A stretch of DNA of 52,219 nt. Origin: a virus (lineage: Duplodnaviria; Caudoviricetes). Location: positions 1 through 52,219 of IMG/VR virus record IMGVR_UViG_3300048997_000467, one strand, 5' to 3'. The notes under the pieces were generated by a model. It was not told the origin of the DNA. It made no database searches and saw only the letters and a program-made list of their open reading frames with translations. Each line of letters starts with the position of its first letter. Position 1 is the stretch's first letter. This document shows, piece by piece, positions 1 through 8,470 of this stretch. A program made the translations under genes and the position numbers.

Positions 1-127
1 GGCCATCGTCAATGGCACCTCCGGCATCGCCGCCGCCGCTCCCGGCGTGGCCCTCACCCTGGCCAATGATCTCGGCATCGGCGCCGCCAAGAACGGCGTG
101 GCCACCGGCACCATCTACACCACCGGC
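1..127. repeat. Terminal overlap identical to 52093..52219 (assembly circularisation)
   Basis: Exact 127-nt duplication falling mid-gene. Confidence 0.95.
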
Positions 128-205
128 GTGCGCATTTCCCACCAGGGCGAAGATCTCCGCATGATCAGCGGGCAGACCCTCCAGCGCCACGGCATCACCG
201 TCTAA
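2..205 (+). CDS. 3' part of putative major tail (tube) protein, continued from 51905 across the origin (130 aa total)
   Basis: In frame with ATG 51905 through the overlap, TAA 203..205; lies between the tail-terminator-like and chaperone genes. Confidence 0.6.
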   Translation, partial: AIVNGTSGIAAAAPGVALTLANDLGIGAAKNGVATGTIYTTGVRISHQGEDLRMISGQTLQRHGITV

Positions 206-250
206 GGCCGAGCCGCTCGTCGCCAGTCCCCGACAACCTTCCTCCTCACC

Positions 251-610
251 ATGGCCAACGAAATCAATCTCCAGGTCAATCTCAGCGCCAATAAGAACGG
301 CGCGCTCATCTCGCAGAACCTCCAGAAGCAGGCCGATATGGCCGGCGACGAGATGGTGCAGGTAGTGCAGATCATCGGCACCAGCGCCGAAGCGCTGAGC
401 GTGATCGACGTCACCACCATCGGCTACGTGCTGGTGAAGAATCTCGACACCACGAACTACGTGGAGCTGAGCACCGACAACGCGAACGCCAACAAGTTCG
501 CCAAGCTCCTCCCCGGCGATCTCACGCTCATCAAAGCGGCCAGCGCCACCATCTACGCCACGGCCAACACCGCGAGCTGCAAGATGCTCGTCATCGCCAT
601 CGAGCTGTAA
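251..610 (+). CDS. Hypothetical virion protein, beta-rich, 119 aa
   Basis: Clean ORF with phage codon usage in the tail module. Confidence 0.65.
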   Translation: MANEINLQVNLSANKNGALISQNLQKQADMAGDEMVQVVQIIGTSAEALSVIDVTTIGYVLVKNLDTTNYVELSTDNANANKFAKLLPGDLTLIKAASATIYATANTASCKMLVIAIEL

Positions 611-665
611 CCGGCTCACCCCCGCGGCAGCGCCGCTCCAGCTTCCACCAAACCCCACACGCCAC

Positions 666-1463
666 ATGTTCGAAAATCCCTACACCGCCACCGCGCGCCA
701 GCTCGAAAAGTTCAATTCGCTCCTTCCCGAAGGCGGCGAAATGCCCGCGCCCACCGCCCGCCTCGCCCACTACCCCGTGCGCGAGACCGGCCTCGCCGCC
801 TGCCTCTTCACGCTCGGCATCCCCTTTCGCGAGCCCGGCGTTTATACCGATGTCGTCACGCTGGACGATGGGCACCACGAACGGGGCCGCGGCAAACATT
901 GGTGGCTCTCCGATAAATCGAACGACCAGGCGCACGATACCGCGCAGCTCCTCGGCGCGTGGGCCAATCGCCTCCGCTTCGAGGCCGAGTTTCCCGAGCA
1001 TCCGTTCCTCCCCATGCGCGCCGGGCTGGATGCGCGCGATCAATGCCTCTACGCCATCGCCTCCTACCGGGCCGGCCAGGCGCGGCTCCCCATCGAATAC
1101 CGCGGCTCCGCGCCCACTCACATCACCGAATCGCTCCACGGCACCAGCCTGCTCCTCGCCTTCGGCCACCAGCCCCTCGCCTACACCGGGCGCGCCTTCA
1201 TCCTCACGGCCTATCCCTCGGCTCGAGCGGGCTCCTCGGCCCCCGTCGCCCTGCTCCATGCCGAAGAGCGCCTCAAACTCTCCGCCCTCTACAGCCAGAC
1301 GCCCGAAGGCTGGCTCGCCGCCGCCCTCTACAACAACGGCCAGCTCCTCAAATTCATCAAAGGCAGCCCCACCATCATCCGCACGCCGTTCGACAACCAG
1401 ACGCTCCTCCTCACCGCCGACGCCTCCGGCAAGCTCCGCGAAAAATTCATGCGCTTCCTCTAA
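666..1463 (+). CDS. Hypothetical protein, 265 aa
   Basis: C-ending codon bias, co-oriented with neighbours. Confidence 0.7.
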   Translation: MFENPYTATARQLEKFNSLLPEGGEMPAPTARLAHYPVRETGLAACLFTLGIPFREPGVYTDVVTLDDGHHERGRGKHWWLSDKSNDQAHDTAQLLGAWANRLRFEAEFPEHPFLPMRAGLDARDQCLYAIASYRAGQARLPIEYRGSAPTHITESLHGTSLLLAFGHQPLAYTGRAFILTAYPSARAGSSAPVALLHAEERLKLSALYSQTPEGWLAAALYNNGQLLKFIKGSPTIIRTPFDNQTLLLTADASGKLREKFMRFL

Positions 1464-1531
1464 GCGCCGCCGCGCGCTTCCGCCTCTGCCATCCATCCAG
1501 CAATCCAGCAATCCACCACCCCTCCTCCCCG

Positions 1532-1786
1532 GTGCCCGGCCCCATCTTCCTCACCTACAGCGCCGATGAGCCGGGCAGCTTCGTCTTCGCCGCCACCGAG
1601 CCGCGGCCCATCACCAACCTCCCGGCCGAGTGCCTCCGCTACCGCGTGCGCTTCCGCACCGGCGATCTCCCCCGCATCTACCTCCGTTTCCCCGATCGCG
1701 TGGAAGAATGGCTCGTCACCCACGGCCCCGCGCGCACCTGGCAGCTCGCCCTCCGCACCGGCCTGAACGGCGCGTACACCCCATGA
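1532..1786 (+). CDS. Hypothetical protein, about 84 aa
   Basis: GTG 1532; ATGA overlap with next gene. Confidence 0.5.
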   Translation: MPGPIFLTYSADEPGSFVFAATEPRPITNLPAECLRYRVRFRTGDLPRIYLRFPDRVEEWLVTHGPARTWQLALRTGLNGAYTP

Positions 1787-1986
1787 CCATCTCCGTCACC
1801 CGCCAAGTGGTCCACGAGGGCCTCTCCATCGAAGACAGCGCCAGCGCCGAGCTGGATGACGAGCTGCTCCCGTTCGAGCTGGATGGCCACGGCCCCGCCG
1901 CGCAGATCGCCGAAACGCTCGCCACGCTCTGGGCCAGCCTCCCCCTCACCAAAAGCCCGCGCGGCACCCCTCCGCCCAAATCCTAA
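1783..1986 (+). CDS. Hypothetical protein, 67 aa
   Basis: ATG 1783 coupled to upstream stop. Confidence 0.5.
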   Translation: MTISVTRQVVHEGLSIEDSASAELDDELLPFELDGHGPAAQIAETLATLWASLPLTKSPRGTPPPKS

Positions 1987-2000
1987 ATCCTAAATCCTAA
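1978..2000 (+). repeat. AAATCCT heptamer tandem array (related arrays at 6764..6797, 14398..14427 reverse, 14776..14807, about 50849..50880)
   Basis: Visible tandem heptamers at gene boundaries. Confidence 0.85.
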
Positions 2001-2486
2001 ATGAACGACTCCGACGACAGCATCGCCTCCCATCTTGCCGCCGAATCCCTCCGCGCCCCGCGCACCTTTCGCGGCCGCCCGCTGGCCCCGCTCACCTTCG
2101 GCCTGCGCGCCCTGCGCGCCAAGGTGTTCCTGCGCGACGATCCCGATCTCTTCCACGATGTGATCCTCATCCACCTCCTGGCCGAAGCCTATGCCGAGAC
2201 GGAGGCCGGCCAGCTCGAGCGGCGGCGCGCCCTCATCGCCGCCACCGATGACGTCCCCACCTTCCGCGGCCGGATGAGCCTGCTCATGGATGAGCTGGGC
2301 GAGGAAGGCGTGGCCGAAGCCACCCGCCTCACGGAAGAAATCCTCGGCCTCGTGAAAAACGCCGAGGTGGAGATCGCCGAAAAAAAAAGCGAGCAGCCTC
2401 CGGCCCTCGCGGCGCCGAGCCCGATCCCGATCTCCTCTTCCTCCTCGCCGTCGCCCGAGCCACCGGCCACCCCGTCGATTACGTGA
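2001..2486 (+). CDS. Tail assembly chaperone (gpG-like), with -1 frameshifted gpGT-like product ending at 2635
   Basis: G-A9-G slippery run 2379..2389; -1 frame open to TGA 2633..2635 (LAVARATGHPVDYVKWRMPL); upstream of tape measure. Confidence 0.8.
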   Translation: MNDSDDSIASHLAAESLRAPRTFRGRPLAPLTFGLRALRAKVFLRDDPDLFHDVILIHLLAEAYAETEAGQLERRRALIAATDDVPTFRGRMSLLMDELGEEGVAEATRLTEEILGLVKNAEVEIAEKKSEQPPALAAPSPIPISSSSSPSPEPPATPSIT

Positions 2487-2736
2487 AATGGCGCATGCCC
2501 CTGGTGGAAGCCCACGGCTACCACCACGCGCATCTCTGGCTCGAAGGCCATCGCCTGCGCCATCGCCACTCCACGGCGCACGATCGCCTCGCCGCCGGCT
2601 TCGAGAAAGTGGCGGCGAAGTATCGGAAGAGGTGATGCCTTTTTGGATTGCTGGATGAATGGCCAAGCGGCCGAGGACCTCCGCTCCCCACGCCTGCGCC
2701 CATCAATCCATCAATCCACCCCTCCAGCCCGCCGCT

Positions 2737-2743
2737 TTGACAC
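2737..2743 (+). promoter_or_regulatory. TTGACAC late-gene motif. Helper copies 2737, 7653, 10522, 34654, 37459, 38077, 51867; variants 29220, 31682; satellite copies 39126 (minus), 39345, 39791, 46876
   Basis: Recurrent motif co-oriented with genes, most copies 13-20 nt upstream of structural or lysis start codons. Confidence 0.7.
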
Positions 2744-2756
2744 TCCCTCCCCACCC

Positions 2757-3512
2757 ATGCCCCACGGGATCCACATCACCAACGCCACCTCCGGGCGCTT
2801 GCGCGAGACCTTCCGGGAATACTGCGGGCGCAACCAGCGCGACAGCGAGGAGCTCGCCCTCGCCACCGCGCTGAAGCTGGCCGGCGGCGTGCGCGATCAC
2901 GGCTACGGCGCGGTCGATGGGCTCTACCAGGTCACCGCCGCCCTCGCCCCCAGCGAAGCGCAGATCGAGGCCGATGTGAAGCGCCAGGGCTGGAAGATTC
3001 CCGCGTATTTCAAGGATGGGCGCATGGGCCGCGGCGCTTCCAAGATGTGGCGCGCCTCCGCCTACCAGCATCGCACCGGCAAGAAACGCGGCCGCCCCAG
3101 CAAGGGCGATGTGGCCGCGCGCGAAGCCTACCTCGGCGGCAAACCCACCCTGGCCGAAATGCAGGCCTTCGTCATCCGCCGGCGCGTGGCCGCGCGCCTC
3201 TTCCTCGCCAGCGGCTGGCTCGGCGCCATTGCCGATCTCGGCGGGCTTCTCCCCAGCTCCGCCGCCCATCGTGGCGCGCTCCAGGGCCGCTCCGGCGTCT
3301 CCAAATACCGCGGCGGGGCCGATGTCTATCGCGCCCCCGGCCTCATCCGCATCGCCTTCTGGAACGTCACCCCCGGCATCGCCGCCATGGAAGCCAAGCG
3401 CGGCATCGTGGGCCCCGCCACCGCGAACGTGGAGCGCGACCTGCAAATCTATCTCGCCCGCAAAAAGGAAGAAGACCGCGCCTGGCTGAAAGAGCACGGC
3501 ATCGCCGCATGA
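2757..3512 (+). CDS. Basic virion morphogenesis protein (tail completion, HK97 gp10-like by analogy), 251 aa; paralog of 41823..42557
   Basis: ATG 2757 after TTGACAC; position before tape measure; motifs shared with the satellite copy. Confidence 0.65.
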   Translation: MPHGIHITNATSGRLRETFREYCGRNQRDSEELALATALKLAGGVRDHGYGAVDGLYQVTAALAPSEAQIEADVKRQGWKIPAYFKDGRMGRGASKMWRASAYQHRTGKKRGRPSKGDVAAREAYLGGKPTLAEMQAFVIRRRVAARLFLASGWLGAIADLGGLLPSSAAHRGALQGRSGVSKYRGGADVYRAPGLIRIAFWNVTPGIAAMEAKRGIVGPATANVERDLQIYLARKKEEDRAWLKEHGIAA

Positions 3513-3549
3513 ACGCCCGTCCCTCAACGCTCAACCTTCAAACTGCCCC

Positions 3550-5706
3550 ATGAGTGAGCGCGTAGAAACCGTCTTTACCTGGGATACGCGCGGCGTGGAG
3601 CAAGGCGCCGCGCGGATCGATAAAGCCTTTGAGCGCGTCTCGCGCAGCCAGGCCACTTCCTCCCGCAGCACCGGGCGCGGGGGCGACGATACCGAGCGCC
3701 TCCAGCGCCGGGCCGAAACGCAGATCAACCGCCACCTGCGGCAGATCGAGCGCGAAGAAGCGGCCAGCCTCGCCCGCCGCGTGCAGGCCACCGAGAAGGC
3801 CTACGCCAGCATGGATAAAGCGGCGGAGTACCGCCGCGCCGCGCTCGTGAAAGAGCTGAAGGCGCGCCAGCTCCCCGCCGAAGGTTCACACGCCGGCGGC
3901 GGCCATGGCCCCGGCGGCGGCGGAGGTGGTGGCGGGCGCTATGTGGGCGACCTGCTGAACATGGCCTCGGGCACGAGCGGAAACGTCATGCGGGTAAACT
4001 TTCTCTCTCACCTCGGCCTCACGCCGTTGATTGGGGGTGGAATCGCCTCGCTGGCCGGCGGACTCGCGGCCACCATCGGCCATTATTCCCGAGAGGGGAA
4101 CGAACTGCGCGCCGGCAGCGAACGCCTGGACGAAAGCTTTTCTGAAAGCCGCCGCCGCGCCGTCTTCACCAATCGCAGCTCGGGCGTGGGCGAGATCAGC
4201 GAACGCATTGCCGATCTGCGCACCGCTGGCCGCTCTGAGCTCGACCAACAAGCCAAACTCACGCAGCAGCGGGGCGAGCGGGACCAACTGGAGGGCTTCC
4301 CGTTCCATCGCATCGACGAATGGATGGCGCGAAAGACGGGCCGGGCCAGCATTAGCGATCTCATTTCGGAATCCCGGCAGCGCGAAGGCGCGTCGAACAA
4401 CCAGATTGGGCTTCTCCAGGGCGAGCGCAGCGCGGCTTACCAGTACGATACCGCATCCACCCGCGAGCGGCTCGGCGGCAGCACCTTTGCCGCCAAGCGC
4501 ATGGAACTCCAGATGGGCGAAAAGCGCGCGCTCACCGAGGCCGGCAGCTTCGAGGTGAGCGGAAAAGATTTCGCGCAGATCAAAGAAAAGTTCGCCCTCG
4601 AGCAACGGGCCAATGATCTCGATGAAGAGGCCGCCAAGACCCGCCAGCGCTACGCCTTGGAGCTGGCCGAATTTCGCGGCAACAGCGAGCAGCGAACCCG
4701 CCATAGCAATGATGTGGAGCTCGCCCAGGCGAAGGACTTGCTGAAGGTCGCCGTCGCCCGCGGCAACGTGGAAGAGATTCGCGCCGCGGAAACCGAAGTC
4801 GCCTCCCGATCCACGGCCAAATTCGAGAACGAGCGCAATAAACGCGGTCTGCAGCTCGCGGCCGATTCCTCGCTCCGCCGCGGGGCCATCGGCTTGGGCA
4901 GCGCTCAGTTTCGCCTCGGGCAGGATCTCTTCAGCCAGAACGAGAACACCCGGTTCGGCGCGGGGCAGAACGTGGAGCGCGAACAGGCTTCCGCCGGCGT
5001 GGCCTCTGCACGCGAAGCGCTCCTGCTCGCCCAGCAAAAGCTGAAGAACGAGGGCGCCACCATCGAGCTCGTGAATGAGGAAAAGCTCGCCCGCCAAGGC
5101 GTAGCCGCCGCGCAGCTCACCCAGCTCGAGGTGGAAAAGAAGCTCTCCGCCGAAAGCATCCAGCGCACCCGGCAGCAGCGGGCCGAGGGCGATGCCGCCC
5201 GCAATCAAACCGCCGCCATGCGCCTGAGCAACAGCGGGCGGAGCGATCTCGCCGCCGTGCGCTCGGGCCGCGACCAAAGCGAAGCTGCCGCCCTCAGCTT
5301 CGAGCGGGCCGGGCGGCACGATCTCGCCACCGAGGCGCAGGAACAGCAGCACCAAAGCGAGGTGGGCGCGTACGATGCGAAGTACCTCCGGGCCGATGGC
5401 CGCCGAAAGCGCCGATCCGATGTGCAGCGGCACGATCGACACCTTCGCGTGATCGAAGGCCGGCGCAACCGTGCCAACGATCGGCTCGAAAAGAATGGCG
5501 GACTCATCGATGTGCGCCGCGACATCGGCGGGAAAGTCATCGGCGGCACCGACCCTCTCACCGGCGAGCGGATGAGCGCCGATCAGATCGCCAGCCGCAA
5601 AGAGCGCCCGGCGAAGACTGCCGCGAACGAGGCGCACAGCGAAGCGCTGCAGCTCGCGAAGATTTTGGAAGTGCTCGATTCCCGCCTTCCTCCAAAAGCC
5701 AAGTAA
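3550..5706 (+). CDS. Tape measure protein, 718 aa
   Basis: Long Ala/Arg/Glu/Gln-rich helical protein with a Gly-rich hydrophobic segment, downstream of the frameshifted chaperone. Confidence 0.8.
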   Translation: MSERVETVFTWDTRGVEQGAARIDKAFERVSRSQATSSRSTGRGGDDTERLQRRAETQINRHLRQIEREEAASLARRVQATEKAYASMDKAAEYRRAALVKELKARQLPAEGSHAGGGHGPGGGGGGGGRYVGDLLNMASGTSGNVMRVNFLSHLGLTPLIGGGIASLAGGLAATIGHYSREGNELRAGSERLDESFSESRRRAVFTNRSSGVGEISERIADLRTAGRSELDQQAKLTQQRGERDQLEGFPFHRIDEWMARKTGRASISDLISESRQREGASNNQIGLLQGERSAAYQYDTASTRERLGGSTFAAKRMELQMGEKRALTEAGSFEVSGKDFAQIKEKFALEQRANDLDEEAAKTRQRYALELAEFRGNSEQRTRHSNDVELAQAKDLLKVAVARGNVEEIRAAETEVASRSTAKFENERNKRGLQLAADSSLRRGAIGLGSAQFRLGQDLFSQNENTRFGAGQNVEREQASAGVASAREALLLAQQKLKNEGATIELVNEEKLARQGVAAAQLTQLEVEKKLSAESIQRTRQQRAEGDAARNQTAAMRLSNSGRSDLAAVRSGRDQSEAAALSFERAGRHDLATEAQEQQHQSEVGAYDAKYLRADGRRKRRSDVQRHDRHLRVIEGRRNRANDRLEKNGGLIDVRRDIGGKVIGGTDPLTGERMSADQIASRKERPAKTAANEAHSEALQLAKILEVLDSRLPPKAK

Positions 5707-5725
5707 TCAACACCCGTTTCCACTC

Positions 5726-6406
5726 ATGGCCGCCGGCGACCGCATCTTTACTCCCAACATCATTCCCGGGCACCTCATCCTGCAGCCTGGAGCGAAGTTC
5801 ATCTCCACGGAAACCGGGCTTGATAACGGCTACGTGAAATGGCTGACCCATCCGGACACTCCGGAAAGCCAGTGGCCGCAACGTGGGCAGAAGTCTCCCA
5901 ATTACCCGCGCATGTTCATCGTGGAGGTTGAGAGCGAGTACGACGAAAGCGGCCTGATCACGCTCGAAGCGACTTACCGGGGCACGAAGACCATTCAAGG
6001 CAGCGTCCTGAAGGAGCGCATTTTTCCAGATTGCGACATCGCCATGTACAGCTTCACGGGGCTGCAAATCACCGGCGTTCCTCCAGCCGGGCCGGATGAT
6101 CCAGACGAGCGCGTGAGGACGCAGGTGAATCTCGTCGCGCCGGTCCCAAAGCCGAAGGTTCGCCGGGAATACCTGACGACCGTGAAACCGTCGCTGGACG
6201 GTGTGAGCCAGGCGGCGACGGGTGATTTCTTTCCGGAGCTGCCCACCTTCTCGATCAGCTACGTTCCCTTTCCGGACGCCGCGCAAACGATCAATTACAA
6301 TACCGGGTGGCGACTCGATTCCCGGCAATGGGAGGACGTGGCCGACATTGGCAAGATTTGGCGGGTGGTGGAGCAATATAGCTATTACTGGAACCTCGCC
6401 GTATGA
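5726..6406 (+). CDS. Putative distal tail / tail tip protein, 226 aa
   Basis: Immediately after tape measure; beta-rich composition. Confidence 0.6.
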   Translation: MAAGDRIFTPNIIPGHLILQPGAKFISTETGLDNGYVKWLTHPDTPESQWPQRGQKSPNYPRMFIVEVESEYDESGLITLEATYRGTKTIQGSVLKERIFPDCDIAMYSFTGLQITGVPPAGPDDPDERVRTQVNLVAPVPKPKVRREYLTTVKPSLDGVSQAATGDFFPELPTFSISYVPFPDAAQTINYNTGWRLDSRQWEDVADIGKIWRVVEQYSYYWNLAV

Positions 6407-6663
6407 CGCTCGATCAGTTCAGGTCATCAATCCCGAAGGGCGCGTTTTGGATGACGGGCGACCTCCTGCGCGACTTCGTGGACGTGCTCATCGCTGATCG
6501 CGCCCGTCTCGCCGAAGGCTCGGGAAACGAACTGCCTTCGGAAAAGGGCCGCTTCTTCGACGTGAAGCCCGGCGCGAACCTCACGAGCTTCAACGGCTAC
6601 GCGGCCGTGAGCGGCCAGATCAAGTTCTTGAAACTCTACGGCGCAGTGACGGAGGCGGAGTGA
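6403..6663 (+). CDS. Small tail-associated protein, 86 aa; paralog of 44866..45126
   Basis: ATGA coupling; gapless similarity to satellite gene (DRARL.EG.G.E.P, GRF, FN.Y.AVSGQIK). Confidence 0.75.
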   Translation: MTLDQFRSSIPKGAFWMTGDLLRDFVDVLIADRARLAEGSGNELPSEKGRFFDVKPGANLTSFNGYAAVSGQIKFLKLYGAVTEAE

Positions 6664-6805
6664 TGGCGGGACGGAGAGACGGAGGGAAGGAGGGAAGGAG
6701 AGACAGTGCGCGCGGGCCGCTGACTTCCCGCGGTCCCGGAAGCGCCCCGCGAGACGCCTGCGCAAATCCTAAATCCTAAATCCTAAATCTTAAATCTCCG
6801 CCTCC

Positions 6806-7645
6806 ATGCCCGCCGCCCGCTCGAAGTTCAACTTCCTCATGTCGCCCTGGGACCTCGATCAGCCGCCCGGCGCCTCCGGCCCCTTCGGCGGCATCGTCAT
6901 CGATCCCGCGCTCACCGCCACCGATGAGCAGCTCGGCGCGGGCGCGGCCATCGAGGTCTCGCCCGAGTTTGCCTACGGCCTCTTTGCGCGCGTGAGCATC
7001 TGGCGTTTCTCGGCGCACCTCACGTTCTCCAATTTGCCCTTCGGCACCGCCGAGGGCGATGTGGCCATCCTCTGCCCCGCCATCATGTACAACGGCGTGG
7101 AAATGACCGGCGAAAAGCAGATCACGAAACACGGCGGCTGGTACGGCAAGCTGGAGGGGTTCGCCCCGTGGACTTTCACCACGCTCGATCCCGAGGGCGT
7201 GGAGGATCCCGTGATCGACATGATCGATCCCGGCCCCATGGAGCTGAGCATCTGGCCGGCCATCTCGCCCATCCGCGGCGGCGGCCCGCATGGCGGCGGC
7301 GTGCTCACCCTGCCCGCGCCCAATCTGCGCTTCTTCGAAGGCATCCCCGGCACGGAGAGCGGCATCGTCTTCGGGCAGACGAGCGGGGCCGATAGCTGCG
7401 CGGTCACCCCCGGCTCCAGCCTCATCACCCACGCCGGCAGCTTCGATGGCACGGGCGCCACCACCTTCACCTACCAGCTCGGCGCGCCCATCGCCATGGG
7501 CGGCGGCGGCGGCTCCAGCTTCGTGAGCGGCACGGCCACCCTGGAAGCCTACGCCTGGCACCCGTACCAGGCGGAGGATGACGACCTCGGCCCCATCTAC
7601 GACGCCACCACCGGCGAGTGGCTGCGCGAGCCGCCGGGCTTGTAG
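6806..7645 (+). CDS. Putative tail tip protein, 279 aa
   Basis: Gly/Pro/Thr-rich ORF in the tail module. Confidence 0.65.
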   Translation: MPAARSKFNFLMSPWDLDQPPGASGPFGGIVIDPALTATDEQLGAGAAIEVSPEFAYGLFARVSIWRFSAHLTFSNLPFGTAEGDVAILCPAIMYNGVEMTGEKQITKHGGWYGKLEGFAPWTFTTLDPEGVEDPVIDMIDPGPMELSIWPAISPIRGGGPHGGGVLTLPAPNLRFFEGIPGTESGIVFGQTSGADSCAVTPGSSLITHAGSFDGTGATTFTYQLGAPIAMGGGGGSSFVSGTATLEAYAWHPYQAEDDDLGPIYDATTGEWLREPPGL

Positions 7646-7678
7646 CCGCTGCTTGACACCCCGCCCCGTGCCAACGCG

Positions 7679-8470
7679 ATGCGTCTCTTCTACAACCTCA
7701 CGAACAACGCGATCACGCTTTCGATCGATGACTCGAATTCGTTCGCGGGGCAGCTCCCGCTCAAGGGCGGGCAGAACGAGCCGGTGGAGCTGCAATTTCA
7801 TCGCGCCGGCGTGCCCGAGCGCCTGGCGGTGGATACCGCGCTGGATCTCGCCATCAAGCCGCCGGCCGAGTTTGAGGCGGAGCTCCTCACCGATATCACC
7901 GTCTTCACCCGCCCGGGGAGCGACGATGGCTTTTACACCGCCACCCTGCCCACCGATACCTCCGCCATCCGCACCTTGCTGGTGATCGATGGCAACCCGG
8001 CCAACGATCTCGCCTTCAAGGAAAGCTGCCTGGGCGAAGTGCAATACCGGCCGAGCGGCGCGGAGAAGCCCACCAAATCGCGCACCTTCTTCGTGCGGCT
8101 GGAGAACTGGGTGATCCAGGGCGACGAAGACCCCACCGAAATCGCCTACAGCTTCGATGACCGCATCACCGCGCTGGAAACGGCGCGCGTGGCGGATGAG
8201 GCGCGCATCGCCGCGCTGGAGGCCACGGTGGGGACGGTCAATTTCCTCCCCGCGGTGACCGGCTACACGGGCGGCACCAGCGCCGATCTCGATGGCGTGC
8301 CCACCGTGGGGGTGACCGTGGGCAAGCTCTACTACTTCGATCACGCCACCGATGGCCTGCGCTGGTACCGCCTTCTCGCCGGCACCACCGCCGAAGCCTC
8401 GCCCTCCGTCATCCGGCCGGATGATTACGACGGCTCCACCAACGCGAAATACTTCCAATCCCGCTCCTGA
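7679..8470 (+). CDS. Putative baseplate / fibre adaptor protein, 263 aa
   Basis: TTGACAC upstream; short coiled-coil repeat (RITALE / RIAALE); coupled to next gene. Confidence 0.65.
   Translation: MRLFYNLTNNAITLSIDDSNSFAGQLPLKGGQNEPVELQFHRAGVPERLAVDTALDLAIKPPAEFEAELLTDITVFTRPGSDDGFYTATLPTDTSAIRTLLVIDGNPANDLAFKESCLGEVQYRPSGAEKPTKSRTFFVRLENWVIQGDEDPTEIAYSFDDRITALETARVADEARIAALEATVGTVNFLPAVTGYTGGTSADLDGVPTVGVTVGKLYYFDHATDGLRWYRLLAGTTAEASPSVIRPDDYDGSTNAKYFQSRS

Noticed and set aside
5726-5741. Identical start ATGGCCGCCGGCGACC (MAAGD) shared with the tail tube gene at 51905
   Set aside because: Only 16 nt in GC-rich sequence, with no further similarity visible by eye
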